Below are positions 11,500 to 21,788 of a stretch of DNA of 64,000 nucleotides, in pieces. The first letter of the stretch is position 1, and every line of letters starts with the position of its first letter. Location of the stretch: assembly GCA_963836235.1 (NCBI GenBank), contig CAWIIP010000004.1, positions 96,001 to 160,000 of the forward strand, read 5' to 3'. The DNA comes from an uncultured Pseudomonadota bacterium. Its GTDB lineage: Bacteria > Oederibacteriota > Muellerivitia > Muellerivitales > Muellerivitaceae. Under the pieces are notes generated by a model, which was not told the DNA's origin, searched no databases, and saw only the letters and a program-made list of their open reading frames with translations. The position numbers were made by a program, and so were the translations under genes.

Positions 11500-12438
11500 A
11501 TGCCTCCAAAACCCTTTCGCGCTTTGTGCTTGGGCAACGTGCTGATGGACGTGCTGGTAAAGCCCGTGGACAAATTGCCACCTCCGGGTGGTCTGCTATC
11601 AGTGAAGCATGTCGAATTGGCTTTGGGCGGATGCGCCTCCAACACTTCGGTGGCTTTGAGCCGGCTGGGGGTAGGGACGTCACTTTGGGGCAAGGTGGGG
11701 CAGGATCATTTCAGCCAGTTCGCCTTGCAAGAACTGGATCGGTCGGGCGTTGAGACGTCTGGGATGGTAAAGGACCCTAAGGTCTCCACTTCGGCCACGG
11801 TAGTGCTGGTGGATTCCAAAGCCCGGCGTTCTTTTCTTCATTCGGTCGCCGCCAATGACCATATCCATCGGGGTGACTTAAAACTTTCACGACTTTCTTA
11901 TTTTAATCACCTGCATATAGGCGGTTATTTTTTATTTCCAGCTTTGGATGGATCTCCTATGGCCGGGATATTACGGGAAGCCCAAGGGAAAGGGCTGACG
12001 ACCTCGCTGGATACGGCTTGGGATTTAAAGGGCCGCTGGATAAAAGCACTGAAACCTTGCCTCCCCTATCTCGACTACTTCATGCCCAGCGAAAGGGAAG
12101 TGAAGATGCTCCTTGGGTACACCCATCCGGTTAAGGCCGCCAAAGCTTTCCTGCGGATGGGCAGTAAGTGTGTCGTAATAAAGCTAGGTGAAAAAGGTTC
12201 CTATTTCTTGAGCCGAAAGGGTGAAAGCGGCCAGGTCCCGGCCTTTAAGGCCAAAGTGGTGGATACAACCGGCGCGGGGGATTGTTTTTGCGCGGGATTT
12301 ATCAAGGGCCTGTCACTCAGGTGGAGCTTAAGGGAATGCCTGCGATTGGGGAACGCCGCAGGCGCTTGCGCTGTTTCCAAGTTGGGGGCTACGGCAGGAT
12401 TACGATCCTTTACACAAGTTTGTGCTTATTTAAAATGA
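11500..12438 (+). CDS. PfkB-family carbohydrate kinase
   Basis: GGCASNT..ALSRLG and DTTGAGDCF signatures. Confidence 0.92.
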   Translation: MPPKPFRALCLGNVLMDVLVKPVDKLPPPGGLLSVKHVELALGGCASNTSVALSRLGVGTSLWGKVGQDHFSQFALQELDRSGVETSGMVKDPKVSTSATVVLVDSKARRSFLHSVAANDHIHRGDLKLSRLSYFNHLHIGGYFLFPALDGSPMAGILREAQGKGLTTSLDTAWDLKGRWIKALKPCLPYLDYFMPSEREVKMLLGYTHPVKAAKAFLRMGSKCVVIKLGEKGSYFLSRKGESGQVPAFKAKVVDTTGAGDCFCAGFIKGLSLRWSLRECLRLGNAAGACAVSKLGATAGLRSFTQVCAYLK

Positions 12439-12475
12439 TTTCACCGGAAAAATTTGAGGTTATAGTAAGGCTCCT

Positions 12476-14533
12476 ATGAAAAACCTTTGGTCGGACAAAA
12501 AATTCAAAAAACTCTCCGGGGTGGACTTGCTTGCCTACACGAGCCACTTGATCGGGGCTAATCCCGAATTGGTGGTTTGGGGCGGGGGGAATAGCTCACT
12601 CAAATGCCTGGAAGCGGACCACAAAGGCCAACGTACCCGGGTGATGTATATCAAGGGGTCCGGTTCGGACATGCGCACGATCGAGCGAAAACACTTCACC
12701 CGCCTTCGCCTGGACGACCTCCTGCTTTTGCAAAAAAGGGAATCCATGACGGACGAGGCGATGGTGGAATATCTGGGCCAGGCCATGATGGGCGGAAACC
12801 AGCCCCGGCCTTCCATCGAGACATTGCTCCACGCTTTTGTGCCCCACGGCCATGTGTACCACTCCCACGCGGACGCTATCACTTCCTTGACCGATACACC
12901 CAACAGCCAAGTTTTGATCGCCAAGTTGTTCGGGAAGGAACTGGCCCTCATACCCTATACCCGCCCCGGTTTCACCCTTTCCAAGTGGGTGGCGGCCATC
13001 GCCCAATCCCGGTTGGATTTGAAGGGGGTCATCCTAGACAAACATGGGCTCATTACCTGGGGAAAAACGGCCCAAGAGGCTTATGAACGGACCATCGGGT
13101 TTTGCACCCGAGCGGAAAAATTCATCCAGGCGGCCAAAAGCAAAAGGCCGGCTTCCTTGGGCCGGGTCACCGTAAAGCCGGTTCCGGCATCCGAACGGCA
13201 AAGGCGCATGGCCGAATTGCTCCCAGTAATCCGAGGGACAGTCAGCGAGAACCAAAGAATGATTCTGCTTTGGGACGATTCTCCCGAGGTTTTGGATTTC
13301 ATCGGAAGGCCGGGAGCCGCCAAGGCTTCCCAACTAGGCCCCATGACGCCAGACCATTTGATGTATATCAAGCCAAAACCCCTGTTTATGGGGAAACCAT
13401 TCGCCGATTCCTTGAAATTGGCCCAACAGCTCAAGAAAGAACTTCTTCTATATAAGCAGAATTACATACGTTACTTTCACCGCTACAAAGAAGGTGAGTT
13501 GACCCAATTGGACCCTTACCCCCGAATCATTCTTATCCCCGGCTTGGGGATGGTGACCACGGGCAAAAACTGGCAGGCGGCCAAGATCGTCCAAGACCTT
13601 TATCACCATAACCTGCGGGTGATCCAGAACGCTTCCGCCATCAGCCGATTCCAGGCTATCAACGAGAAAGAAATCCATCGCTTTGAATACTGGCCTCTCG
13701 AGAACTACAAACTCACGCTGTTACCCAAGGAAAAGGAATTTTCCAGGCGCATTGTGCTGGTCACCGGCGGAGCCAGCGGTATCGGCCGGGCAACGGCCTT
13801 TGCTTTCGCCCAGGAAGGGGCCCAGGTTTTCGTAACGGACTTGAACGCCCAAGGCGCGTTGGAAACGGCCCAGGCCATCTGCCAAAAGTACGGGGACCAC
13901 GTGGCGGAAGGTTGGGGAATGGACGTGGGTAGCGAGAAAAGCGTCCAAGCGGCTTTTGAAAAATGCGTCCTGGCCTTTGGGGGATTGGATATCGTCTTTT
14001 CCAACGCGGGCATCGCCAAAAGCTCGCCGATCAAGGACCTGAGACTGGCCGATTGGGAATTAAGCCTGCGGGTTAACGCCACAGGACATTTCCTGGTGGC
14101 GCGGGAAACGGCAAGGGTGATGACCCGGCAAGGTTTGGGCGGGTCTTTCGTCCTTAACGCCACCAAAAATGTGACGGCGCCGGGCAAGGATTTCGCGGCC
14201 TATAGCGCGGCTAAGGCCGCCTCAGTCCAGGTGGCCCGCATCCTGGCCCTGGAGCACGGGGAAGACGGCATCCGGGTGAACGTGGTGAATCCTGACGCTA
14301 TTTTTGAGGGTTCCAAGCTTTGGGAATCGGTCAGCCGCCAAAGGGCCAAGGCCCATGGCGTTTCGATTGAGGAACTCAAGGAGTTTTACATCCAGCGCAA
14401 CCTTCTCAAAACCCAAGTGAAATCCGAGGACGTGGCTGAAGCGGTTTTATTTCTTGCTTCCGACCGCGCCGCCAAGACCACCGGGGCCATGTTTCCGGTG
14501 GATGGTGGGGTAAAGGAAGCTTTTCTGCGTTAA
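12476..14533 (+). CDS. Bifunctional class II aldolase / short-chain dehydrogenase (rhamnulose-1-phosphate aldolase/ADH type)
   Basis: GGGNSS, PSIETLLH, H.H aldolase motifs; TGGASGIG, NAGIA, YxxxK SDR motifs. Confidence 0.9.
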   Translation: MKNLWSDKKFKKLSGVDLLAYTSHLIGANPELVVWGGGNSSLKCLEADHKGQRTRVMYIKGSGSDMRTIERKHFTRLRLDDLLLLQKRESMTDEAMVEYLGQAMMGGNQPRPSIETLLHAFVPHGHVYHSHADAITSLTDTPNSQVLIAKLFGKELALIPYTRPGFTLSKWVAAIAQSRLDLKGVILDKHGLITWGKTAQEAYERTIGFCTRAEKFIQAAKSKRPASLGRVTVKPVPASERQRRMAELLPVIRGTVSENQRMILLWDDSPEVLDFIGRPGAAKASQLGPMTPDHLMYIKPKPLFMGKPFADSLKLAQQLKKELLLYKQNYIRYFHRYKEGELTQLDPYPRIILIPGLGMVTTGKNWQAAKIVQDLYHHNLRVIQNASAISRFQAINEKEIHRFEYWPLENYKLTLLPKEKEFSRRIVLVTGGASGIGRATAFAFAQEGAQVFVTDLNAQGALETAQAICQKYGDHVAEGWGMDVGSEKSVQAAFEKCVLAFGGLDIVFSNAGIAKSSPIKDLRLADWELSLRVNATGHFLVARETARVMTRQGLGGSFVLNATKNVTAPGKDFAAYSAAKAASVQVARILALEHGEDGIRVNVVNPDAIFEGSKLWESVSRQRAKAHGVSIEELKEFYIQRNLLKTQVKSEDVAEAVLFLASDRAAKTTGAMFPVDGGVKEAFLR

Positions 14534-14631
14534 ATATGCTGCTAAATATTTGATTTTGCCCATGCCGTCAAAAGAGAGCCGCTTTATAATACCGCCCGCT
14601 TCACTTCCTTTATTTATTTCCGGAGGGTCCG

Positions 14632-16296
14632 ATGAAATCCAACGTCTCCCCATTACAAGCCGCCCGTGCCGCCTACAAGCCCAAGCTTCCCAAGGTCCTG
14701 GAAGGTAATCCCTCGAAAGCCGCCCTGAAGATGGGCCGGGCTACCCGGGCCATCGACGACCAGGATGCGGTTCAAAAACTTTTCCCTAAAACCTATGGCC
14801 AACCGGAGGTTTCCTTTGGTGCTGGCCAGGGTTCTACCTACATGAAAAAGCCCGTCAAAGTGGCCCTGGTTCTTTCCGGCGGGCAGGCGCCCGGAGGGCA
14901 CAATGTGGTTGCGGGCCTTTTCGACGGATTGAAAAAACTAAACAAGAAAAATGTCCTGATCGGCTATCTGGGGGGGCCTTCGGGGCTGATCGAAAATAAG
15001 AAAATTGAAATCACCGACAAGCTGCTGGCGGCCTACCGTAATACCGGCGGGTTCGATATTATCGGCTCGGGCCGGACTAAAATTGAAACACCCGAACAAT
15101 TTGAGGCCGTGAAGAAAAATCTGCTCAAAGAGGGCATCTCCGCCCTGGTTGTCGTAGGCGGCGACGATTCCAACACGAATGCGGCTGTTTTAGCCGAGTA
15201 TTTCAAGGCTCAGGAGACGTTCCTGCGCGTGATCGGGTGCCCCAAAACCATTGATGGGGACTTGAAGAACGATCAGATCGAAGTTAGCTTCGGGTTTGAC
15301 ACCGCTACTAAGGTTTACGCCGAACTGGCGGGGAATGTGGGCCGGGACTGTCTTTCGGCCAAAAAATACTGGCACTTCATCAAGGTTATGGGACGTTCCG
15401 CCAGTCATATCGCGTTGGAAGTAGCCTTGAAGGTGCATCCCAATATCTGTCTTATTTCAGAAGAGGTGGCGGCCAAGCAATGGACTCTGGAGCAAATTAC
15501 TGAACAAGTAGCGCGGGTCGTGGCCGACCGGGCGACGAAGAAGATGAATTATGGTGTTGCCATCATTCCCGAGGGTCTTCTGGAGTTCATTCCGGAGATG
15601 AAAAAATTAATCGGAGAATTGAATGACCTCTTGGCCCATAACGCCGAATTCGAGAAATTGGAAACGGCGGAGGAGAAGATATCTTTCGTGCGCAACCAAT
15701 TGGACGCCGACTCAAAAAACGCCTTCAATTCGCTTCCGCCGTCCATTCAGGCCCAACTTTTGGCCGACCGGGATCCCCATGGAAATGTGCAGGTCTCAAA
15801 AATCGAGACGGAAAAGCTTTTGATCGAAGCGGTGGACCTGAAACTCAAGGCCTGGAAAAAAGAAGGGAAGTACGACGGTAAGTTTTCCGGCCAAGGCCAC
15901 TTCTTCGGTTATGAGGGACGCTGCGCGGACCCCTCCAACTTCGACGCCGACTATTGCTATTCCCTGGGCTTCACCGCTTCCTATCTAGTGGCCTCTGGGC
16001 TTACGGGTTACTTGTCGAGTGTTCGGGATCTTTTGAAGCCCGCTTCCCAATGGAAGGCGGGTGGGGTGCCCTTGACCATGATGATGAATATGGAACGCCG
16101 CCACGGAGTGGACAAACCGGTCATCCAAAAAGCCCTGGTGGATTTAAAGGACAAGCCCTTCAAGACTTTCTCCACCTTGCGCAACCAATGGGCGGAAAAA
16201 GATGATTTCGCGAGCCCTGGCCCTATCCAATTTTGGGGTCCTTCGAACGTGGCCGACGCCGTACCGGAAACCCTACGGTTGGAGCGGGGAAAGTAA
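14632..16296 (+). CDS. pfp: Pyrophosphate-dependent phosphofructokinase
   Basis: GGQAPGGHNV, GGDDSNTNA, PKTIDGD, MGR motifs; long-clade size. Confidence 0.95.
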   Translation: MKSNVSPLQAARAAYKPKLPKVLEGNPSKAALKMGRATRAIDDQDAVQKLFPKTYGQPEVSFGAGQGSTYMKKPVKVALVLSGGQAPGGHNVVAGLFDGLKKLNKKNVLIGYLGGPSGLIENKKIEITDKLLAAYRNTGGFDIIGSGRTKIETPEQFEAVKKNLLKEGISALVVVGGDDSNTNAAVLAEYFKAQETFLRVIGCPKTIDGDLKNDQIEVSFGFDTATKVYAELAGNVGRDCLSAKKYWHFIKVMGRSASHIALEVALKVHPNICLISEEVAAKQWTLEQITEQVARVVADRATKKMNYGVAIIPEGLLEFIPEMKKLIGELNDLLAHNAEFEKLETAEEKISFVRNQLDADSKNAFNSLPPSIQAQLLADRDPHGNVQVSKIETEKLLIEAVDLKLKAWKKEGKYDGKFSGQGHFFGYEGRCADPSNFDADYCYSLGFTASYLVASGLTGYLSSVRDLLKPASQWKAGGVPLTMMMNMERRHGVDKPVIQKALVDLKDKPFKTFSTLRNQWAEKDDFASPGPIQFWGPSNVADAVPETLRLERGK

Positions 16297-16305
16297 AGGG
16301 TTCTT

Positions 16306-16983
16306 ATGGAACCCCGGGTTTTTTCAGAAACTGGTAAGTGGATATGTCCCCGCTGCGGAGAAAAATCCACGGGTTCCAACTGTGGCCATTGCCGGTTTTG
16401 TATTTACGCGGGATTCTTGCCGCGGGTTTTTTCCTCTCTAGTGGACAAGGGCTTCATCTGGTCACTTGCCCAGCTTCTTCTCCTGACCCGCAATTACTCC
16501 CTCACCCATTTTTGGGTGGTGACGGTTGCGGGGTTCCTCTTTTACCGTTTTTACCATATCGGTTGTGTGGCCCTTTGGGGCCAGACACCAGGGAAAATGG
16601 CGGCCAAGATCAAGGTGGTGAAAGTAGATGGATCCTCTGCCGACTGGTAGAATGCTTTTTTACGCAACTCAGTGGAGACGCTCCTGACTTTGGTGGTTCT
16701 GGTCCTGGAAATGAAAGCCGTGACGATGGTTTCATCCGCGGATTTTGCCGCGACGGATTTCGCCAAAAGACCCGCTTTAATGGATAAGTTCCTCCCGGAA
16801 ATAGTGACTTACATCGCTTGGGCCACCCAAGCCTTTGTGCTGAGTGAGTTCGTGGTCTTGTTCCTGAATAAGAAAAAGCGGGCCATACACGACTTCATCG
16901 CTGGGACCGTGGTTATTCATGATCCCCACCTGCCTTTTTTCCCCTGGCACCGGAAGAAGCTGGAACCATTAAAAGCAGTGTAA
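16306..16983 (+). pseudogene. RDD-family membrane protein interrupted by an in-frame TAG (16648-16650)
   Basis: ORFs 16306-16650 and 16672-16983 are in the same frame; RDD motifs GQTPGK and R.IHD.IAGTVV lie either side of the stop. Confidence 0.75.
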
Positions 16984-17001
16984 AACGACCATCTTTTCAT
17001 A

Positions 17002-17031
17002 TTGCAATCAAATGGCTGCCGAGCCTATACT
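17002..17031 (+). promoter_or_regulatory. Sigma70-like promoter of rpsF operon, followed by a ~130 nt structured leader
   Basis: TTGCAA-18-TATACT; hairpin CCTCATC-TTT-GATGAGG before the AAGGAGG RBS. Confidence 0.55.
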
Positions 17032-17167
17032 TCACCTCCCTTGGGGTTTCGGCCCTGAGGTTTGTTCCCGCCGCGGGCGTCAGCCCTTCGCAGGAACCTT
17101 GTTCCCCTGGGCAAGAGAAGGGGGACTATCCTCATCTTTGATGAGGAATCCAAAAGGAGGTTAGTCA

Positions 17168-17704
17168 ATGTCGAATCTTTTAAAGTATGACGTCATCTAC
17201 ATTCTGGACCCCAACTCGACGACGGAGGAAATGACGGCTGTTTCCACGAAAGTCGAGCAAATCGTCAACGATTCCAAGGGAACCGTGCTGAAGAAAGACG
17301 ATTGGGGCAAACGCCGCTTGGCCTACATGGTGAAAAAGCACCGCGAAGGCCATTATGTGTTCTTCCATCTTTCCATTTCGACCGAGACCATCGCGGAAGT
17401 CACGCGTAATCTACGCCTGTTAGAAAAAGTCATCAAGTTTCAAGTCGTCAAGGACACCATCAGCCATCTCAAAGCCAAAGTGAAGCCGCCCCGCGTTAAG
17501 ACCAGCACGACGGAAGGGTCTTCCACACACCGTCCCAGCGGCCAGCGCCATCCGAGTTCGTCCCATGGCCCGTCGCACAGCCATTCCAGTTCGGCTCCGA
17601 CGAACCCGGCTCCCGCTTCAGCCGCTAAGGCCCCGGAAGTTTCCGCGGCGCCTGTTGCTCCCGCGGTTCCCGTTGCCCCTACACCCGCGCCGACGAACCC
17701 CTAA
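17168..17704 (+). CDS. rpsF: 30S ribosomal protein S6 with low-complexity C-terminal extension
   Basis: WGKRRLAY motif; synteny with ssb-rpsR. Confidence 0.95.
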   Translation: MSNLLKYDVIYILDPNSTTEEMTAVSTKVEQIVNDSKGTVLKKDDWGKRRLAYMVKKHREGHYVFFHLSISTETIAEVTRNLRLLEKVIKFQVVKDTISHLKAKVKPPRVKTSTTEGSSTHRPSGQRHPSSSHGPSHSHSSSAPTNPAPASAAKAPEVSAAPVAPAVPVAPTPAPTNP

Positions 17705-17727
17705 CGGCTTAGAAACCGGAGAAGAAA

Positions 17728-18159
17728 ATGGCAAGTTTTAATCGAGTCATCTTGATGGGAAACCTCACGAAGGATCCGGAACTCCGGTATACGGCTGGTG
17801 GAGCGCCCGTTGCCAACCTTCGTATGGCAATCAACCGCAAGTACAAGGGTAAGGATGGAACCGATAAAGAAGATGTTTGCTTCGTGACCGTAGTGGTTTG
17901 GAGTAAAACGGCGGAAGCTGCCGGAGAGTACTTGAAAAAGGGAGATCCCCTGTTTGTTGAAGGAAGGCTTCAAAGTAAAAGCTGGGAAACTGAGGATAAG
18001 CAAAAGCGAACCGTATTGGAAGTTGTTGCGGATCGGATTCAGTTTCTCAGTCGAGGAAAAGGGGCGGGGACGGATAATGTCTCGCATGACGCAGTTGAGG
18101 ATGCAGGCGCTCCGCAAGGGCCCGCCGCTTCCGGCAGCGAAGAGGATATTCCCTTTTAA
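17728..18159 (+). CDS. ssb: Single-stranded DNA-binding protein
   Basis: FNRVILMGNLTKDPELRYT; C-terminal DIPF. Confidence 0.97.
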   Translation: MASFNRVILMGNLTKDPELRYTAGGAPVANLRMAINRKYKGKDGTDKEDVCFVTVVVWSKTAEAAGEYLKKGDPLFVEGRLQSKSWETEDKQKRTVLEVVADRIQFLSRGKGAGTDNVSHDAVEDAGAPQGPAASGSEEDIPF

Positions 18160-18209
18160 TCAAATTAGTTACTAACCCTGAAATACCAAATCATTAAGGA
18201 GAGTCGAAA

Positions 18210-18521
18210 ATGGAAAAAGCACCCGAATTCAAAGGCCCTCGGAGCGAAGGTCCCCGAGGCGAAGGCCGTCCCCGAGGTGAGGGCCGTGAGGGTGGTGGCG
18301 GCCGCTTCCGCCGTCCCCGCCGCAAATCCTGCCGCTTTTGCCAGGAAAAGGTTGTCGCCATTGATTACAAGGATTTCAACCGGATCCGTACTTTCGTCAG
18401 TGAGCGCGGGAAGATCGTCCCGAGCCGCATGACGGGCACCTGCGCCAGCCATCAACGGGAGCTGACCACGGCCATTAAGCGCGCCCGGAATATCGCCCTG
18501 CTTCCTTTCGCCAACGCTTAA
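18210..18521 (+). CDS. rpsR: 30S ribosomal protein S18
   Basis: IDYKD, SERGKI, AIKRAR..ALLPF; Zn-binding C/H residues. Confidence 0.97.
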   Translation: MEKAPEFKGPRSEGPRGEGRPRGEGREGGGGRFRRPRRKSCRFCQEKVVAIDYKDFNRIRTFVSERGKIVPSRMTGTCASHQRELTTAIKRARNIALLPFANA

Positions 18522-18642
18522 AAAGCATTAGCCGCAGATTTGCGCGGATTAACGCGGATAAAAAAAATGAAATCAAAATTTTTGGATTTAAAACTGCGCC
18601 AATTTGCGGCCAGTCTTCGCTTTTAGGTTAGAGGAGGGGGTC

Positions 18643-19410
18643 TTGGAAGCGCTGTTAGTCCTTGTGGTTCAAATTGTCTTGGCTGGTTTTTTCTTTCTGT
18701 TCACCAGCCTTGCCTCTGCTTGGGCTCTTTTGCGCCGTTTCAAGCCCCGGCAGGTGGTTTTGACGGGCGCCTTCGCCATGGTTTTAATGTCCTTGGCCGT
18801 AGCCATCATTGACCGCCCTGATCCAAAGGAAAACGCGCTTGTTTCCTTCCAGCAATATTTCACCGAAAAGCATTTTGAAGAAGAATGGCAGGCGGATTCC
18901 CAAACCGCCATCAAGATGGGAGCGCCCCAGGATAAGTTGGAGGGGTTTAAGGAAGATTATAAAAAATATTTTTATAATCTCCTTCCATCATGGGTCGTAT
19001 CCGGCTGCCTGGTTTTCGGGCTAATGGCTTATTATCTGGTTTCCTTCATCCTCTCCCGAGTGACGACCCGGGTTCCGAAGGCCATGGCTTTTCAGGAATG
19101 GGTGATTCCCGAGCCCCTGGTTTTTGGTTTGATCACCGCCGGGTCCCTTAAAGTAGCGGCTGGTGAAAGGGCGTGGCTGGATATCCTCGGAAGCAACCTG
19201 TTGGTTTTCTTCACGGTGATTTACGTTTTGGGAGGTTTCAGTATTGTTTCTTTTTTCCTCCACAAATGGCGCCTGCCCGCTACGGTTCGGGTCTTAAGTT
19301 ATCTCATTTTGGTCCAACTGCCGCTGGATACGGTTTGCGCTTTGGGCGTTTTGGATGTTTGGTTTGATTTCCGTAAACTCAAAACGCGCCAAACGCAGCC
19401 AACGGCATAA
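18643..19410 (+). CDS. YybS/DUF2232-family membrane protein
   Basis: Polytopic, ends LG..D.WFDFRK; between rpsR and rplI; TTG start after GAGGAGG RBS. Confidence 0.8.
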   Translation: MEALLVLVVQIVLAGFFFLFTSLASAWALLRRFKPRQVVLTGAFAMVLMSLAVAIIDRPDPKENALVSFQQYFTEKHFEEEWQADSQTAIKMGAPQDKLEGFKEDYKKYFYNLLPSWVVSGCLVFGLMAYYLVSFILSRVTTRVPKAMAFQEWVIPEPLVFGLITAGSLKVAAGERAWLDILGSNLLVFFTVIYVLGGFSIVSFFLHKWRLPATVRVLSYLILVQLPLDTVCALGVLDVWFDFRKLKTRQTQPTA

Positions 19411-19445
19411 GAGCTTAGAAATTAGCAGTCAGGAGTTGTAAGTTT

Positions 19446-19889
19446 ATGAAAGTCCTCTTAAAAAGCGACGTTACTAATATCGGTAAAAAAGGTGAACTGC
19501 TGGAAGTGAAAGAAGGATATGCCCGCAATTTCCTTATTCCCAACGGCTTGGCCATCGAGGCGACGGGCGGCACGATGAAGCAATATGAAGAGGAAAAAAA
19601 GGCGGTTGACCGGCGCAAGGCCAAGGAAAAAGAAGACGCCCAAGCGCTGGCTTCCAAGATCAAAGGGGTTACCGTCACTTTACGGCACAAGGCAGGGGAA
19701 GAGGGAAGGCTTTTTGGCTCTATCACTTCCGCCGAGGTGGCCGAGGCCCTTAAGCAAAAGGGCTTTGAGATCGACAAAAAACAGGTTCACCTTGATGAGC
19801 CTATCCGGTTGTGCGGAAAACACGAAGCGAAGATCAAGCTCCATTCCGAAGTCACCTCCACCCTGAACGTGGAAGTGATGAAACTTTAG
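19446..19889 (+). CDS. rplI: 50S ribosomal protein L9
   Basis: VKEGYARNFLIP, LFGSIT motifs. Confidence 0.97.
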   Translation: MKVLLKSDVTNIGKKGELLEVKEGYARNFLIPNGLAIEATGGTMKQYEEEKKAVDRRKAKEKEDAQALASKIKGVTVTLRHKAGEEGRLFGSITSAEVAEALKQKGFEIDKKQVHLDEPIRLCGKHEAKIKLHSEVTSTLNVEVMKL

Positions 19890-19980
19890 AAAATTCGGCC
19901 TTTTCTCCTCGATTAAATCTTATGCCTGTTCTGCCGTAAAAAAACTCTTCGATAATTGAAAAATTTAGGGAATTCGGTTA

Positions 19981-19999
19981 GTATACTCGTGTATACCTT
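19981..19999. promoter_or_regulatory. Candidate SOS-type operator upstream of dnaB
   Basis: GTATAC-TCGT-GTATACCTT; same motif as at the umuD and radA-operon promoters. Confidence 0.55.
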
Positions 20000-20211
20000 T
20001 TCGGTGGCCGCCAAAATTTCCAATTCCACTACGGCAGTTCATCTTTAGTTTATAAACCAAATTAGCAGAGTGGAAATCAAGTGAACCAAAACCTTATCGC
20101 TTTGAATGTTTTTTTAACATTCTGCCGGTTCCGAGATTTGCCGAATAAAGAAAAATTGATCGAGAGTTATTAAGAAGTTATACAAAAAATAATTTATTTT
20201 TTGATGTCTTT

Positions 20212-20241
20212 TGTGGACAACTAAATTTTTTTTGTGGACAG
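20212..20241 (-). promoter_or_regulatory. Tandem DnaA-box-like sites upstream of dnaB
   Basis: TGTGGACAA (20212-20220; TTGTCCACA on minus) and TGTGGACAG (20233-20241) in AT-rich intergenic DNA. Confidence 0.55.
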
Positions 20242-20349
20242 ATTGTGAGTAAGACGAAATCGTTGATTTTTTAAAAATTTTAACTTTGCATTCGGGATCG
20301 AAAAGATAGAATGCCCACCTAACAAAATTTTTAATTGGAGATTCTGTTC

Positions 20350-21744
20350 ATGGAAGTCGCCCGTAGAAGCAATCCACCTTCGCCCCTGCCCAACAATTCG
20401 GAGTTCCGCGTACCGCCCCAGGATTTAGAGGCCGAACAGTCCGTCTTGGGAGCCATGATGCTTTCTTCCGAGGCGACCCGCATTGTCATTCCGCTTTGCA
20501 AGGCCGAGGATTTCTACCGGGAAGCCCATCGCAAACTTTACCAGGCTATCGTGGCCCTGGATGACCGCAAGGAACCGGTGGATATCATCACCCTTACCAA
20601 CGAATTGAAACACATGGGTGAGTTCGAGACCATCGGTGGGGTTTCGTCCCTGACCACCCTGATTGAGCGGGTACCTACCGCCGCTAATGCCGAATATTAC
20701 GCGCAGATCGTCAAGGAAAAATCCGCGGCCCGCAGGCTCATCGCCGCCGCCACCCAGGTGGTGGCCGACGCATATGAGGATTCGGTTCCCATCAAGGAAC
20801 TTTTGGATGACGCCGAGCACCGCATCTTCGAGGCCACCGAGCTTCGGGAGACCAAGGATTTCGCCAGTATCAAGGACCTGATTGGGAACAGCTACGAGTA
20901 CGTCAACAACCTGTCGGACCAGAAGATGCACATTACCGGGGTTCCCACGGGTTTCTACGACTTGGACGAATTGACGGCGGGGTTGCAACCGTCCGAAATG
21001 ATCGTGGTCGGTGCCCGTCCTTCCATGGGAAAAACGAGCCTAGCCTTGAACATCGCCCAACATGTTTGTATGGGAAGTAACCAGCTTAAGAAAAAAATTC
21101 CGGTCGGATTCTTCTCCATTGAAATGACCGCTAAACAATTGGCCCTCCGCCTGCTTTGTTCGGTAGCCCGCATTGATTTACAGAAGGCCCGTTCGGGACA
21201 TTTGAGCGACCAGGACCGGGGACGACTCGTTAATATCACCGGCCAATTTTACGAGGCCAAACTCTTCATCGATGACACCTCCTCCATGTCGGTGCTGGAT
21301 TTGAAAGCCAAGGCCAGGCGGTTGAAACGGGAGCACGGGATCGGCATCTTGATCGTGGACTATCTCCAACTGATCCAGGCAGGCATCCGAACCGACAACC
21401 GTGAGCAGGAAATCGCCTATATTTCCCGCCAATTAAAGGCCTTGGCCAAAGACCTGGATATTCCCGTTATCGTGCTTTCCCAGTTGTCCCGTCCCCAAAA
21501 GGGCCAGGAGGAAAAGCGGCCTGTTTTGTCCGATCTTCGGGAGTCGGGAGCCATTGAGCAAGACGCCGACGTGGTCATCTTCATCCATCGTGAAAGTGAG
21601 GGGCAGTCGGAGGACGGCCATCCGAATTACAAGTATGAATTGGTGATCGCCAAACAGCGTAACGGCCCTACCGACAACGTTGACGTTACTTTCCGCCGTC
21701 AATATACCTCATTCGAGTCGGCCTCGAAGGTTTCGGAACGGTAA
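20350..21744 (+). CDS. dnaB: Replicative DNA helicase
   Basis: EAEQSVLG, ARPSMGKT, VDYLQL, LSDLRESGAIEQDAD, KQRNGPT. Confidence 0.97.
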   Translation: MEVARRSNPPSPLPNNSEFRVPPQDLEAEQSVLGAMMLSSEATRIVIPLCKAEDFYREAHRKLYQAIVALDDRKEPVDIITLTNELKHMGEFETIGGVSSLTTLIERVPTAANAEYYAQIVKEKSAARRLIAAATQVVADAYEDSVPIKELLDDAEHRIFEATELRETKDFASIKDLIGNSYEYVNNLSDQKMHITGVPTGFYDLDELTAGLQPSEMIVVGARPSMGKTSLALNIAQHVCMGSNQLKKKIPVGFFSIEMTAKQLALRLLCSVARIDLQKARSGHLSDQDRGRLVNITGQFYEAKLFIDDTSSMSVLDLKAKARRLKREHGIGILIVDYLQLIQAGIRTDNREQEIAYISRQLKALAKDLDIPVIVLSQLSRPQKGQEEKRPVLSDLRESGAIEQDADVVIFIHRESEGQSEDGHPNYKYELVIAKQRNGPTDNVDVTFRRQYTSFESASKVSER

Positions 21745-21788
21745 CAGTCACCCCCGATTTTCCGCAATTTTGTTACAATAAAATTCAC

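Noticed and set aside
18531-18560. Short CGC(A/G)GAT tandem after rpsR (and GGCAGTC repeats near 30569-30590)
   Set aside because: Only 2-3 degenerate units; no function supportable from the sequence.
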